From an uncultured Planctomycetota bacterium (GTDB lineage Bacteria > Planctomycetota > Planctomycetia > Isosphaerales > Isosphaeraceae): 52,329 bases of DNA. The DNA is taken from the NCBI GenBank assembly GCA_963845755.1, contig CAWJTV010000008.1, positions 1-52,329 of the forward strand. Reading direction: 5' to 3'. Shown here piece by piece: positions 41,885-52,329 of this stretch. Below the pieces are notes generated by a model. The model was not told the origin of the DNA. It did no database searches and was given only the letters and a program-made list of their open reading frames with translations. Position numbers and translations under genes: made by a program. The stretch's first letter is position 1; every line of letters starts with the position of its first letter.

Positions 41885-42871
41885 GATTCAGACTCCGAGG
41901 TCGGCGTGTTGCGCAGGATCCGTCGTCGCGGCCGGTCAACCAGCATCGCGTCGAGTGACGACTGAACCCGAGAGAGCTGGGTGGCCACCTGGCTCCGGAT
42001 CGCCTCGCTTTCGCGCAGCTCCTGCGCCCACATTTCGTACAGCCCGCTGGGCCTGGGCCACCAGGTCGTCGAGCTGCTGGTTGGACCGGACGTTCAGCGA
42101 GCGGAACCGCTCGAAGAAGTCGTCGAGATTGCCCACGACGGAATCGCGAAACACCTTGGGCGTCCCGTCCTCGTTGGTGCCCGAGATCCGCTCCGTGAGA
42201 TGGTTGACCAGGCGGGCGAACTCGTTGACGAACGCCTGCTCGGCCAGCCGAACGGCCTCCTCGAACCGGGCCCGGACCCGCTCCTGCTCGCGCTCATAGA
42301 GCCCGGGCGAGAGCTGGACCAGGTAGTCGGGGGGCTCGATCGAGGGGAAGTCGTAGGAGACGCCGAAGAGGCCGATCAACGTCTCCGGGTAATCCGACGC
42401 ATTGTAGAGCGAGCCCAGCCGGCGGGCTGCCGCCCGCTTCAGCTCGTCGAAATGGCGATCGAGGTTGGCGACCGCGTCGTTCAGTTCGGCGCGATAGTCG
42501 GCCATCTGGCGATCGAAGTCCTCCACGCTTTCCAGTTTGATGAGTCGGACTCCCGCCTCCGGGAATGGGAGCGAGAGGCCCTTCCAGTAATCGCCGATCC
42601 TCGTGCGGATGGCCGTCACGGCGCGGAACGCCGTGTGTTTCGTATCCAGGAGCTTCTTGCCGGCGGACAGGAACTCGCCCTCGGCGTCGAACGCCTGGGC
42701 GGCCTGGGCTTTCTGCTCGGACGTCAGCGTGCGTTGGACGCCCCACCAGGTAAACGAGACGCGGCAGGCGGCCATGGTCGTGCGCAGCCGCTCGGCCGGG
42801 CGGCTCGTGATGGCGCGGTTCCTGCTCTCCGTAGACGGGGTTTCGAGGTGATCGAGCAAGGTGGACATCAT
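41881..42871 (-). CDS. DUF3150-like helical protein (frameshift near 42025)
   Basis: GGAGG RBS, LSAGKKLLDT, YWKGLSLPFPEAGVRLI, LGSLYNASDYP and GTPKVFRDS. The shifted tail reads LVDRPRRRILR. Confidence 0.75.
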
Positions 42872-42907
42872 ACCTCCGTTCAAGGCGACGATCGCATGCA
42901 TCGACCC

Positions 42908-43935
42908 CTTCCGACCATCGGAAGAGGAATTTCGCGAATTACGCTGATTTCGCTGACGGTTCCCTGAAATGCAGAATGACGTGAAAGGGGTCCGGACCCC
43001 GAATTTCGCGAATTACGCTGATTTCGCTGCAAGGTTTCGAAGCAAAGAAAAGGGCAAGCCAAAGCCCACAACCATGCATGGCCGGCAACCGGTCAGGAGC
43101 TCGAACGACCCGGGCAAAGGCCCTCCCGGGCAGCCGGCGCCGAGGCGAAGACATCACGTCGAACGATGCCCGGAAGTCCGGCCCATGTCCCCGCTCGGGC
43201 CAGATCGGGTCGGTGAATCAGGACGAACCATCCCTGGTCTGTTTCCACGTGCTCACACGCCGAACTGACTCGTCGGGAAGCCCGGCGATCGGGGACGGCC
43301 TCAACGCTGCGTCGATGGGGACTCTCCAGGCCTCCCGGGGGTCGGTTATGCGAGGCCGCTGGGAGGCCGAAAATCGCCTTCAGAAGCCTATCCCAGTGCC
43401 CAGTGAAGGTTGCTGGAAACGGCTTCGGGACCTGGTGGCTTCCCAGGGGAAAAACAAGGCCCTGGGCCAACGCCAGGACTCACTTCCCCGGGAAGTAATA
43501 CTATTCTTTAAGTTATATTCTGATTATTCTTGTAGTTCAGTGACTCAGACCGGCTTCCCGTCTACCCAGCCGCTCGGCAATTCGTAGCTTCGGGCAGGGC
43601 ATCCTATCACCCGGACCCCGATCTCCCGTCTCTTCGCGAGCGCCACTTTCGGAGAGCTGTCAACCGGTTCGGGGTCATCCGGGGCGGGTGCGACGACGGC
43701 AGTGTTGCTCGGCCCTGGGGAGCCGTCCCCGTCCAGGATCGGCCGATACGCGGCAATCCTGAGCAAGTCCGCCGATCTGGCATCCCTCTCCGGCGCCTTC
43801 GGGTTGCAGGCAAATCCCGACCCGGCGCCCCGGGTGCCGGATTTGGCGACGACAAAAAGGTTCTCATCGTTGATCGATTTCTCTTTCTCACGGATCCCGG
43901 ACCTGACAGCAAAATCAGCGTAATCCGCGAAAATC
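42908..43935. repeat. Iteron-like 29-bp repeats (2 direct, 1 inverted) flanking an AT-rich tract
   Basis: GAATTTCGCGAATTACGCTGATTTCGCTG at 42927-42955 and 43001-43029, an inverted 26/29 copy at 43907-43935, and an AT-rich tract at about 43493-43538. Confidence 0.85.
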
Positions 43936-44617
43936 CCTCTGTTGGCCCCGGAATCCAGGATCGGGATCGTGTCCGAGCGGGCGTCCGATGGAGGTGCGGA
44001 ACGGCCAGATGGACCTTCGGGACACATGCGGAACCCTCCGCGAAATTCGCAAAACTCGCCCTCAGATGCTACCGATCGCGGCTTCGGAGCCAGTGTCGAA
44101 CGTGAGGCCGGAGCTACCTGTGGCGGCCGGATAAGGTCCAGGAAGTCAGGCAGGCACGACCACACCGCTCTGCTCGCCGCGGGAGTGCGCACGGTGACCC
44201 CATCAGACCGACGATCGCCGTCCGATCACTTCTTGGAAATCGGGCTTCGGTCGATCTGACCGAAGTGCGCAAAGACATCCTTGGCTGCGTCGGTCGATCC
44301 GACCGAAGCGCGCAGCGCTGGCTCGGGACCGGCACCGAGCCCTTGCTCCTCAAGCCTCGCCGAGATCAACCGGGTGATCCAGTGCTCCGGGGAATGCCTT
44401 GAGCGTGCAGGGGTCCCTCTGGTTCTGCGGGACAATCCCCCGGATCATCGGGCTGCCCGGGCCGTCGTCCTTTCACGACCGCCCGATGACGTTGAGGCGG
44501 ACCGCGCCGCCGGGCTTGTCATCCCGCTCGCGCATCGCGATGAACGTCTCGCGGACTCACTCGAACAGGATGGGCGCCGTCCGGTGCGGCCGGCCGGTCG
44601 GGCGGCCATCCTCCGTC

Positions 44618-47600
44618 TCAGGGCGTGTCGTGCCGGTCGCCTGTAACGGCTTCCGGCGGTTGTGCCCTCCGCAGCACAGCACGCAGGGCCGCCTGACGCA
44701 GCGACGCGCTCAGCGCCCGGTCGGCCCGGAGGGCGGCCACGACCCCGGCCGGGTCGTGCTTCTGCCGCCATAACGACTCCACCAGTCGTTCGGCCTCGGG
44801 CCGCAGGGCCTCGGCCTCGCGTCGCGCCCGGTAGCGCACCTTCAGCGGCTCCGTATCCCAGAGGCGGACCGTGGAGTCGCCCGAGCCGGACGCCAGCGTG
44901 GTGCCGTCGGGGCTGAAGGCCAGCGACCAGACGTAGCTGGTGTGGCCCTGGAGCCGCGCCACTTCCTCGCCCCGCGCCAGGTCCCAGAGCCAGACCGCCC
45001 GGTCACGGCCGGCCGACGCCAGGCGCGTGCCGTCGGGGTGGAATGCCGTCGCGAAGACATCGTCGGTGTGCCCCGCAGCACCACGCACGTGCCGCCGTCG
45101 AGCGGCCACAGGCGAACGGTACGGTCCAGGCCGCACGAAGCCAGGAGGCGGCCGTCGGGACTGAAGGCGGCCGACACGACGTCCTTCTCGTGGCCAGGGA
45201 ATCGCGCGGACGTCGCGTGCGTCCGCGCATCCAGGAGGAGCACGGTCTTCATATCCGCGGCCTGGACGGCCAGCCAGCGGCCGTCGGGGCTGTAGGCCAG
45301 GACCCCGCCTTGGGCCGAGAACAGTCGCTCGCCGGACGCGATGTCGCAGACGTGCAGGTGGTGCGTGTTGCTCTGCGGGTCGAGCGCCGTTGCGGCCACT
45401 CTCCTCCCGTCCGGGCTGACGGTCAACGACTGGAAATGTTGAGAAGGGACCCGGATCTCCTGGCGGACGCGAGCCGTCGCCACGTCCCAGATCCGCAGCG
45501 GGGATCCTCCGTCGCACCCGCTCACCAGCCATCGACCGTCGGGGCCGAAGGCCAGACACCGCACGATCCCGGGGTAAGGCAACCTCGCGACGGCTGACGG
45601 TCGCCGCATCCCACAGGCGCACCGTGCTGTGCCAGTCCCCCGAGGCGATCCAGCGGCCGTCGGGGCTGTAGGCCACCGGGTAGACGTAGCTGGTGTGGCC
45701 GCGCAGGACCGGCAGGGTCGCGTGGGGGTCCACGTCCCAGACCCGCACGGTATCGTCCCCTGCCCAGCCGAGATTCCGTTCGATACTGAGCGAGGCCAGC
45801 CGGCGGACGTCCGGGGCGAACGCCAACCCGGTCACGCTCCCGGTGTGGCCGTGCAGGACCGCCACGTCCTGCCGGCCCGTCGCGCGCCACACCCGGACGG
45901 TGCGGTCGGTGCCCGCCGAGGCGACCCATCGCCCGTCCGGGCTGTACACGGCGGCGGCGACCTCGCCGGTGTGGTGGTCGTAAGGCGGCTCGACCTCCCG
46001 GCCCGTCGCGACGTCCCGACCGGCGCACCGTCCCGTCCGCGGAGGTCGTCACCAGGCGCCGCGCCGTCCGGCCGGAACGCGGCGCGAGGAGCTTGCTGGC
46101 GTGCCCCCGACACGTGGCGAGCAGGGTGCCGGTGGCCGTGTCCCACAGGCACGCGCCTCTGGTCTTCGCTGACCGAGGCAAGGCGGGTGCCGTCCGGGCT
46201 GAAGGTCAAAGCCCAGATCAAGCCGTGGTGGCCGTCGCAGATCGTCGTCGGCCGGCCGGACGTCGCGTCGCCCAGGTAGAGCCGCCACCGATCGCGCTCG
46301 GGCTTGATCCACGCGATCCGGGTGCCGTCCGGGCTGAAGGCGAACAAGGACATGGCTCCCTCGGGGATGTCCGTGCGACCGAGGAGCCGGCCGGCCTCGT
46401 CGAGCAGGTCGAAGTTCCCGCCGTCCCAGACGGCGACCCGTAGCCCCCGGCTCGTCTCCGCGGCCGTCACGGTGCCCGGACCGCCAGGCGAACCGGTACC
46501 GTCGCCGGCTCGCCCCTCTCCACATCCGCGACGCGCAGGCGGTCGCCGTCCAGGACCCCGAACCGGGTCCCGGCCGGGCCGGGGATCAGGACTCGGCGCT
46601 CCCCGACGGGCATCGGGATCACCGACGAGCTGTCGTCGAGCCGGCTGTGCAGGTGCCACCATTCCCAGCCGCGCAGGTCCTCCGGGGCCTCCTCGAGCGG
46701 GTGCGCGGCGTCGGCCACGTCGTGCGTCGACAGGGCCGCGACCGCGGCCGCCAGCCGGGCGCGGTACTCCTGGAACTGCGCCTCGCGCTTCTCGGCGATG
46801 GCCTGTCGGGCGTTATGCTCGGTGCGCAAGGCAAAGCCGACCGAGACGATGGTCCCCGCCAGCAGGGCGGTGAAGACGCCCAGCACCCCGCCCACCAGGC
46901 CCGTGTGCCGGCGGGCGAACTGGCGCAGGTGGTACAGCGCCGACGGCGGCCGCGCCAGGATCGGCTCATCGGCGAGGAGCCGCCGCAGATCCTCCGCCAG
47001 CCCCTCGGCCGTCCGGTAGCGGTGGGCGGGCTCCTTCTCGAGGGCTTTGAGCACGATCGTCTCCAGGTCCGCGGCACCCGCGGCTCGAGCCGCCGCGGCG
47101 CGATCGGTGGGGCCGAGGCCGACGTGCGGAGCACCTCCGCCGGGCTCTCGCCCCGGAACGGGGGCCGCCCGGTCAGGAGTTGATAGAGGATCACTCCCAG
47201 GGCGTAAACGTCGACCGCCGGACCCACCTGACCGCTGTCGCCGCCGGCTTGCTCGGGAGCCATGTACTCGGGGGTGCCCACCGTGAACCCGGTCCGCGTC
47301 AGGCCGGCCTGGCCCTGCACCGTCCGGGCCAGGCCGAAGTCGGTGATCTTGGGCACAAGCCCGCCGAGCGGGTCGGCCCCGTCGCGGCCCGACCGCACCC
47401 CGCCCGAGTCGGCCTCCTCGGCCGGCTGCACCAGGATATTCGCCGGCTTGAGGTCGCGGTGGATCACCCCCTGCCGGTGCGCCGCGTCGATCGCCCGGGC
47501 GAGCGTGCCGACCAGGAGCGCCGCCGCACGGGCCGGCCACGGCGTGCCGTCGAGCCGGTCGGCCAGCGTGCCGCCCTCGACCCACTCCATCGCCAGGTAC

Positions 47601-48180
47601 GGCCGGTCCCCCACCTGACCGACCTCATAGACCTGGACGATGTGGGTGTGCCGGACCCGGGCGGTGAGCTCCGCCTCGCGCTGGAACCGCAGCCGCTGAG
47701 ACGCGGAGGCGAACTCGCCGGCTAGCACCATCTTAAGCGCCACCACACGGTTGAGCGCGGTGTCGGGCCTTGTACACCACCCCCATGCCGCCACGGCCCA
47801 CCTCGCCGAGGAGGTCGTAGGCCCCGACCTGCCAGGTCGGCGGCGTCGGGGGCGGACCGGAGCGGGGTCGCGCGCGATCCCGCCACTGTCCCGCTCGGGC
47901 GGCCGGGGCGTCAGGCCCTCCCGCCAGTGACCCCGCCGCAAGGCCCGGACGGCCGACTGGCGAGCGGCGTCCGCCTCGCGGCTGGCCTGGTCCTCGCCGA
48001 CCGCGTCCCGGAGTCGAGTCACTCAGCGCGTCCCGCGGGGTGAGGTCATCCAGCGCGGCGCAGCAGGCCGCACATCCGGCCAGGTGGGCGGCGACGTGCT
48101 CCTGCTCGGCCGCCTCGACCTGCCCGTGGGAGAAGGGGCAGTTGCTCGGCGGTCAGGTGGCCGGGGTCGGAGTCGTGCAT
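44618..48180 (-). CDS. Ser/Thr protein kinase with N-terminal zf-HC2-like region, TM and C-terminal WD40 repeats (many frameshifts)
   Basis: HVAAHLAGCAAC, VALKMV, HRDLKPANIL, KITDFGLA, GTPEYMAPEQA and DVYALG, plus repeated GH..V..AFSPDG..LAS...D.TVRLWD. Confidence 0.92.
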
Positions 48181-48273
48181 CGCGGTCTCTCAAGGGACGT
48201 CGGGGAGAACGGGCTCCACTTCTTCTTATAGCGGCGATCGGGCCGGGAACCTTACACCATCTGGCAGGGCCGA

Positions 48274-48851
48274 TCAGTCGATCAACCCGGCCGCCTCCTC
48301 CGGAACCGCTGCAAGACCCGCGTCTTGGCCACGTAGGCTGCCCCCACGCTCAGCCCCAGCTCGGCCGCCACCTCGGCGCGGTGGCGCCGTCGAGGGCCAG
48401 CCGGCGGAACGCCCGGAAGGTCTTCGGCTCGAACTCCTGCTCCACCAGGTCGAGCAGGCAGCGGAGCACGTAGCGATCGTGCTCCTCATCCCAATGGCGG
48501 TTCAGGGCGCTATCCGGGTCGGCGACCTGGTTCAGATCTCGGCCACGCCGCTACCGCCGCTGACCGGGGCCTCGGGCTCGCGGGCCCGCCAGTAGTCATG
48601 GACCCGGTTGGCGGCGATGACGCGGAGCCACGATCGGAAGGCGCCGGGATGCCCCGGGTGCCGGAACGAGGGGAGGTACTGCACGACCGAGACGAGGATC
48701 TCCTGCGTCAGGTCGTCAACATCCCGGGCCGGGACCTCGTGCCGGCTCAGCCAGTTAACGAGGAACGGCCGGTACAGGTCGGCGAGGTCTTTCCACGACG
48801 CCTCATCGCCTCCCTGCGCCGGATCAGGAGACTTTCCCTTGTCGCCGCCAT
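48274..48851 (-). CDS. ECF RNA polymerase sigma factor associated with the kinase (frameshifts)
   Basis: MAATRESLL, SWKDLADLYRP, DVDDLTQE, GAFRSWLRVIAANR, WDEEHDRY and AYVAKTRVL. Confidence 0.88.
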
Positions 48852-49571
48852 CGCGCGACCTCCGGCAGGCCGCCCACCTGCCGCCGCCGTCGGCCAGCCC
48901 GGGCTCATCCCGGCGACCGCGTCGGCCACGGGGGCGGCTGGAATTGACTTCGAGCGGCTCCCGAATCAGGGGAGCACGCGCGAGCCCGGGCGGCCGAACG
49001 CCTCGGGTCACCCCCCCTTGGCCCCGTTCGCAAGGGGGCTAAACGGGAGGGGGCGCGCCGGTTCCCTTTCCCCCCCTTCGCAAGGAGGGGTTCGGTCGCG
49101 CGTGTGCAACCCAACGCGAACCGCTCTCGGTGATCCATCCCAACGGCGAGCGATTATAACCCGGGCCGACCCCCATCGCATCCTTCCTGGGCACGAAATG
49201 GCCGTGGGGTCGCGCCGGCGCCCGCCCGTCCCGACGCCCCGTCCCCGGCCGGTCTCCGACCCGCCCGGCTCGCGACGAGTTTTTTTCCGCTTTCTTGCCA
49301 AGTGCTGTAAGGTTCGGGCCGCGATCACCGCTTTCCTCTCTCGTGCGGGTCGAACGGACACCGGGCCCGCGACCGGCCCCCGCCGCGGGTGCGGCTCGGC
49401 GACCCGGATGGTTCGGCGATCACGGAGATGTCCGTGCCTGTGGCGGTGCCGGCCGAATTCACAGAGGCGCCGTGCGGGACCATCAAACCAGGGGTCGAGG
49501 CTTGAGGGCCCTTCCCGGACGGTAAGTGCCGTTTCCGAACCGATCTCAGACACCTCCCAGAGGAGCAACCC

Positions 49572-52329
49572 ATGTCATCACGTCAGCGATTCCCACGTCC
49601 CGTCGTCAAGCGAACAGCCCGGAACTCGCTCCGACCGACGGTCGAGCGCCCTGGAACTCAGATTGGTCCTGTCGTCCTCGGCGGCGGTCCCGGGGATGTG
49701 CCCGTCGAGGTCATGGGCCCGAACGGGGGGTGGGTCCCCCTCTCGACGTCGGCACCGACGGGCTAACGCCGCAACAGCTTCAGAACGCCTACGGTTTCAG
49801 TCAAGTCAGCTTCGCGGGGCAGAAGGAGATGGGGCCGGCGAGACCATCGCGCTGGTCGATGCCTACGACAACCCGAGCTTCGTGAACTCGACCGATCCCA
49901 ACTTCGAGACGGTCCACTGCACATCTTCGATCAGCAGTTCCTCCTGCCCGATCCGCGAGTTTCATCAAGGTCAATCAGAACGGCCAGACCACGAATCTGC
50001 CCGGCTTGGACCGAATGGGCCCGGTGCGGGCGATTGGGAGGCGGAGAAGCGCTGGACGTCGAGTGGGCCCACGCGATGCGCCCGCGGCCAACATCGTCCT
50101 CGTCGAAAACGATGGCACGTATGGGGGCTTCCTCGCGGCCGAGGCCGAGGCCGGTAAACTGGCCACGGTGGTCTCGATGAGCTACGGGGAGTTCGAGTAT
50201 CCCGAACAGGTGAGCCAGGAAGACCCGATCTTCCAGGTACCGGGAGTCGCTTTCCTGGCCTCGACGGAGACCACGGGGCTCCCGGTGGCTATCCCGCTTC
50301 CCGCCGCACGTCGTGGCCGTCGGCGGTACCAGCCTGTACAACCTCGACTCCCAGGGCGACTACCCGGGGACGGGAACGGATGGCGAAGTCGGCTGGAGCG
50401 TAGGAAGCGACTCGTACAACCTCAGCATCGGCGGCGGCGGGGGCATCAGTCGGTATGAGCCTGAACCGAGCTATCAGACGTCGTTCCAGTCCACCGGCCA
50501 GCGGACAACCCCGACATCTCCGCCGACGCCGACCCCAGCACCGGCGTGCCCATCTACGATCCGTACGACTTCGGCACGACGTGGGGAGTGTACGGCGGCA
50601 CCAGCCTCGCCTCGCCCCTGATGGCAGGCATGGTCGCCCTGGCCGACCAGGGCCGGTCCTCGGCGGCGGCCAGACCTTCAGCTCCGACCAGTTGCTCGCC
50701 GCGCTCTACAGCCTCGCGAGCAGCGAGCCCGGCGACTTCCACGACATCCTCCACGGCTACAACCGCTTCAATGCCGGCCCGGGCTACGATCTCGTCACGG
50801 GGCTGGGCACGCCCAACGGCAGCCAACTCGTCCCCGACCTGGCCTCCTTCGGGATGAGTAGCCGTCCGGCCTTGACGTGGATCACCGTCACTCCCGGCAA
50901 TCCGTCTGTCGGCGTGGGCCTCACGCAGCGGCTCACCGCCGCGGGCACCTACTCCGATGGCACAACTCGCGACGTCACCAATTCGGTGAATTGGGCGTCG
51001 GCGACGCCGTCGGTGGCGACGATCGACTCGTCCGGCCTGGCCACGACGGTGGCCGTCGGCACGAGCGTGATCTCGGCGTCGCTGGCGGGCGTCTCGAGCC
51101 CCGGCGTCACCTTGACCAGCTCGCCCACACTATTAGCGATCGTCGTCACTCCCGGCAACTCGTCCGTCGCCGCAGGCCCCACGGAGCCGTTCACGGCCAC
51201 GGGCATCTATTTCGACAACGCGCGCACGATCACCGACTCGGTGACCTGGGCGTCGGCGTTGCCGTCGGTGGCAACGATCACTCGTCCGGCCTGGCCACGA
51301 CGGTGGCCGTCGGCACGAGCGTGATCTCGGCGTCGCTGGCGGCGTTTCGAGCCTCGGCGAACTCCTGACCGTCGTCCCCCTCAGCTTCGTGGTGAACACA
51401 ACCGCCGATGACCTCAACTACACCGCGCACACGACCAGCCTTCGCGAGGCGATCCTCGCCGCCAACGCGTTCCCGGGCCACGAGATCACCTTCGATCCGA
51501 ACATTTCGCTCGCCGCAGACGATCACGCTGGCACTGGGCCCGCTCGAGTTGACCGACACCACCGGTACCGAGACGATCACGGGCCCGGATGGCGGCGTGA
51601 CGGTCAGCGGCGGCGGGAACAGCGGGGTGTTCGTGTTCGACCGGGGCGTCAACGCGTCGATCTCGGGAGTGACGATCCAGGGCGGCAAGGCCGCCGTCTA
51701 CGGCGGCGGCCTGTATGACAACGCCGGCACAGTCACTCTGACCAATTGCATCGTCACCGGCAACTCCGCGGGCCGTGGCGGCGGCCTCTTTGCTTACAAC
51801 GGCACGGTCACGTTGACGAATTGCACCGTCAGCAGCAACTCGGCCTCCGGGAACGGCGGCGGCCTCTACGCTCTCTTCGGCACGGCCACGCTAACCGACT
51901 GCATGTCAGTGACAACTCGGCCTCCGGGAACGGCGGCGGCGTGTACAACAACCACGGCACGGCCACATCGACCGCTTGCATCGTGAGCGGCAACTCCGCT
52001 GGCAACGGCGGCGGCCTGAACAACTACGACGGCACGGCCACGCTGACCGATTGCACCCTCAGCGGCAACTCCGCCTCCTTCGGCGGCGGCCTGTTAAACG
52101 ACGGCACGGCCACGCTGACCGATTGCACCCTCAGCGGCAACTCCGCCGGCAGCAACGGCGGCGGCCTGTAGGACTGACGGCGGCACGGCCACGCTGACGA
52201 ACACGATTGTCGCGGGCAATAGCGGCGATGACATCGCGGGCGGCTACTCGGGCAGCCACAACTTGATCGGCGGCAACCCGCTGCTCGCCCCGCTGGGCGA
52301 TTACGGCGGGCCGACCCAGACCATGGCCC
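49572..52329 (+). CDS. Large secreted protein: LEPR-XLL-type leader, S53 (sedolisin-like) peptidase, two Big-2 Ig-like domains, CSLREA domain, beta-helix repeats (many frameshifts, truncated by window end)
   Basis: AGGAG RBS, RPTVERLELRLVLS, GETIALVDAYDNP, LDVEWAHA, VAVGGTSL, YGGTSLASP, GYDLVTGLGTP, WASATPSVATI, TSLREAI and GNSA..GGGL repeats. Confidence 0.85.

Larger units (their letters stand above)
32..44306. repeat. Dispersed intergenic palindrome family TCGGT-N7/8-ACCGA (about 14 copies including variants)
   Basis: Copies start at 32, 2998, 3037, 6263, 7955, 8962, 14432, 14475, 16434, 18294, 25420, 37424, 44247 and 44290. They are often flanked by GCGC/GAAGC. Confidence 0.8.

Noticed and set aside
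38064..44060. Prophage
   Set aside because: No capsid, terminase, portal, tail or integrase motifs were recognised.
1..52329. tRNA or rRNA genes
   Set aside because: No cloverleaf or T-loop signature and no rRNA-like sequence were noticed by eye.

Overview
This is a high-GC window that looks like a Planctomycete, probably Isosphaeraceae-like. The evidence is a DUF1501 plus PSD1/cytochrome c pair, extended ECF sigma factors, an ECF/Ser-Thr kinase-WD40 pair, an LEPR-XLL-type secreted S53 protein and PEP-CTERM proteins. Many genes carry single-base frameshifts, most likely uncorrected long-read indels, so pseudogene status is mostly undecidable. 0-17.7 kb holds metabolic and regulatory genes separated by a family of TCGGT-N7/8-ACCGA palindromes. 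About 17.8-37 kb is a mosaic accessory island. It is built on repeated copies of a hairpin plus ~70-codon micro-ORF unit and two copies of an S1/P1 nuclease gene. Unrelated, often AT-richer genes lie between these copies: GH135, DUF4436-like, FlbD-like, SRA-HNH, two TIR proteins and two PEP-CTERM proteins. The island also carries a DUF72-SRAP-Y-family polymerase cassette and an internally deleted IS21 element. 38-44 kb is a mobile-element-like operon with a divergent beta-clamp-like gene, followed by an iteron-like/AT-rich region. 44.6-52.3 kb holds a kinase-WD40 gene, an ECF sigma factor and a large secreted S53/Ig/beta-helix protein that runs off the window. All family assignments come from motif recognition by eye, not database searches.
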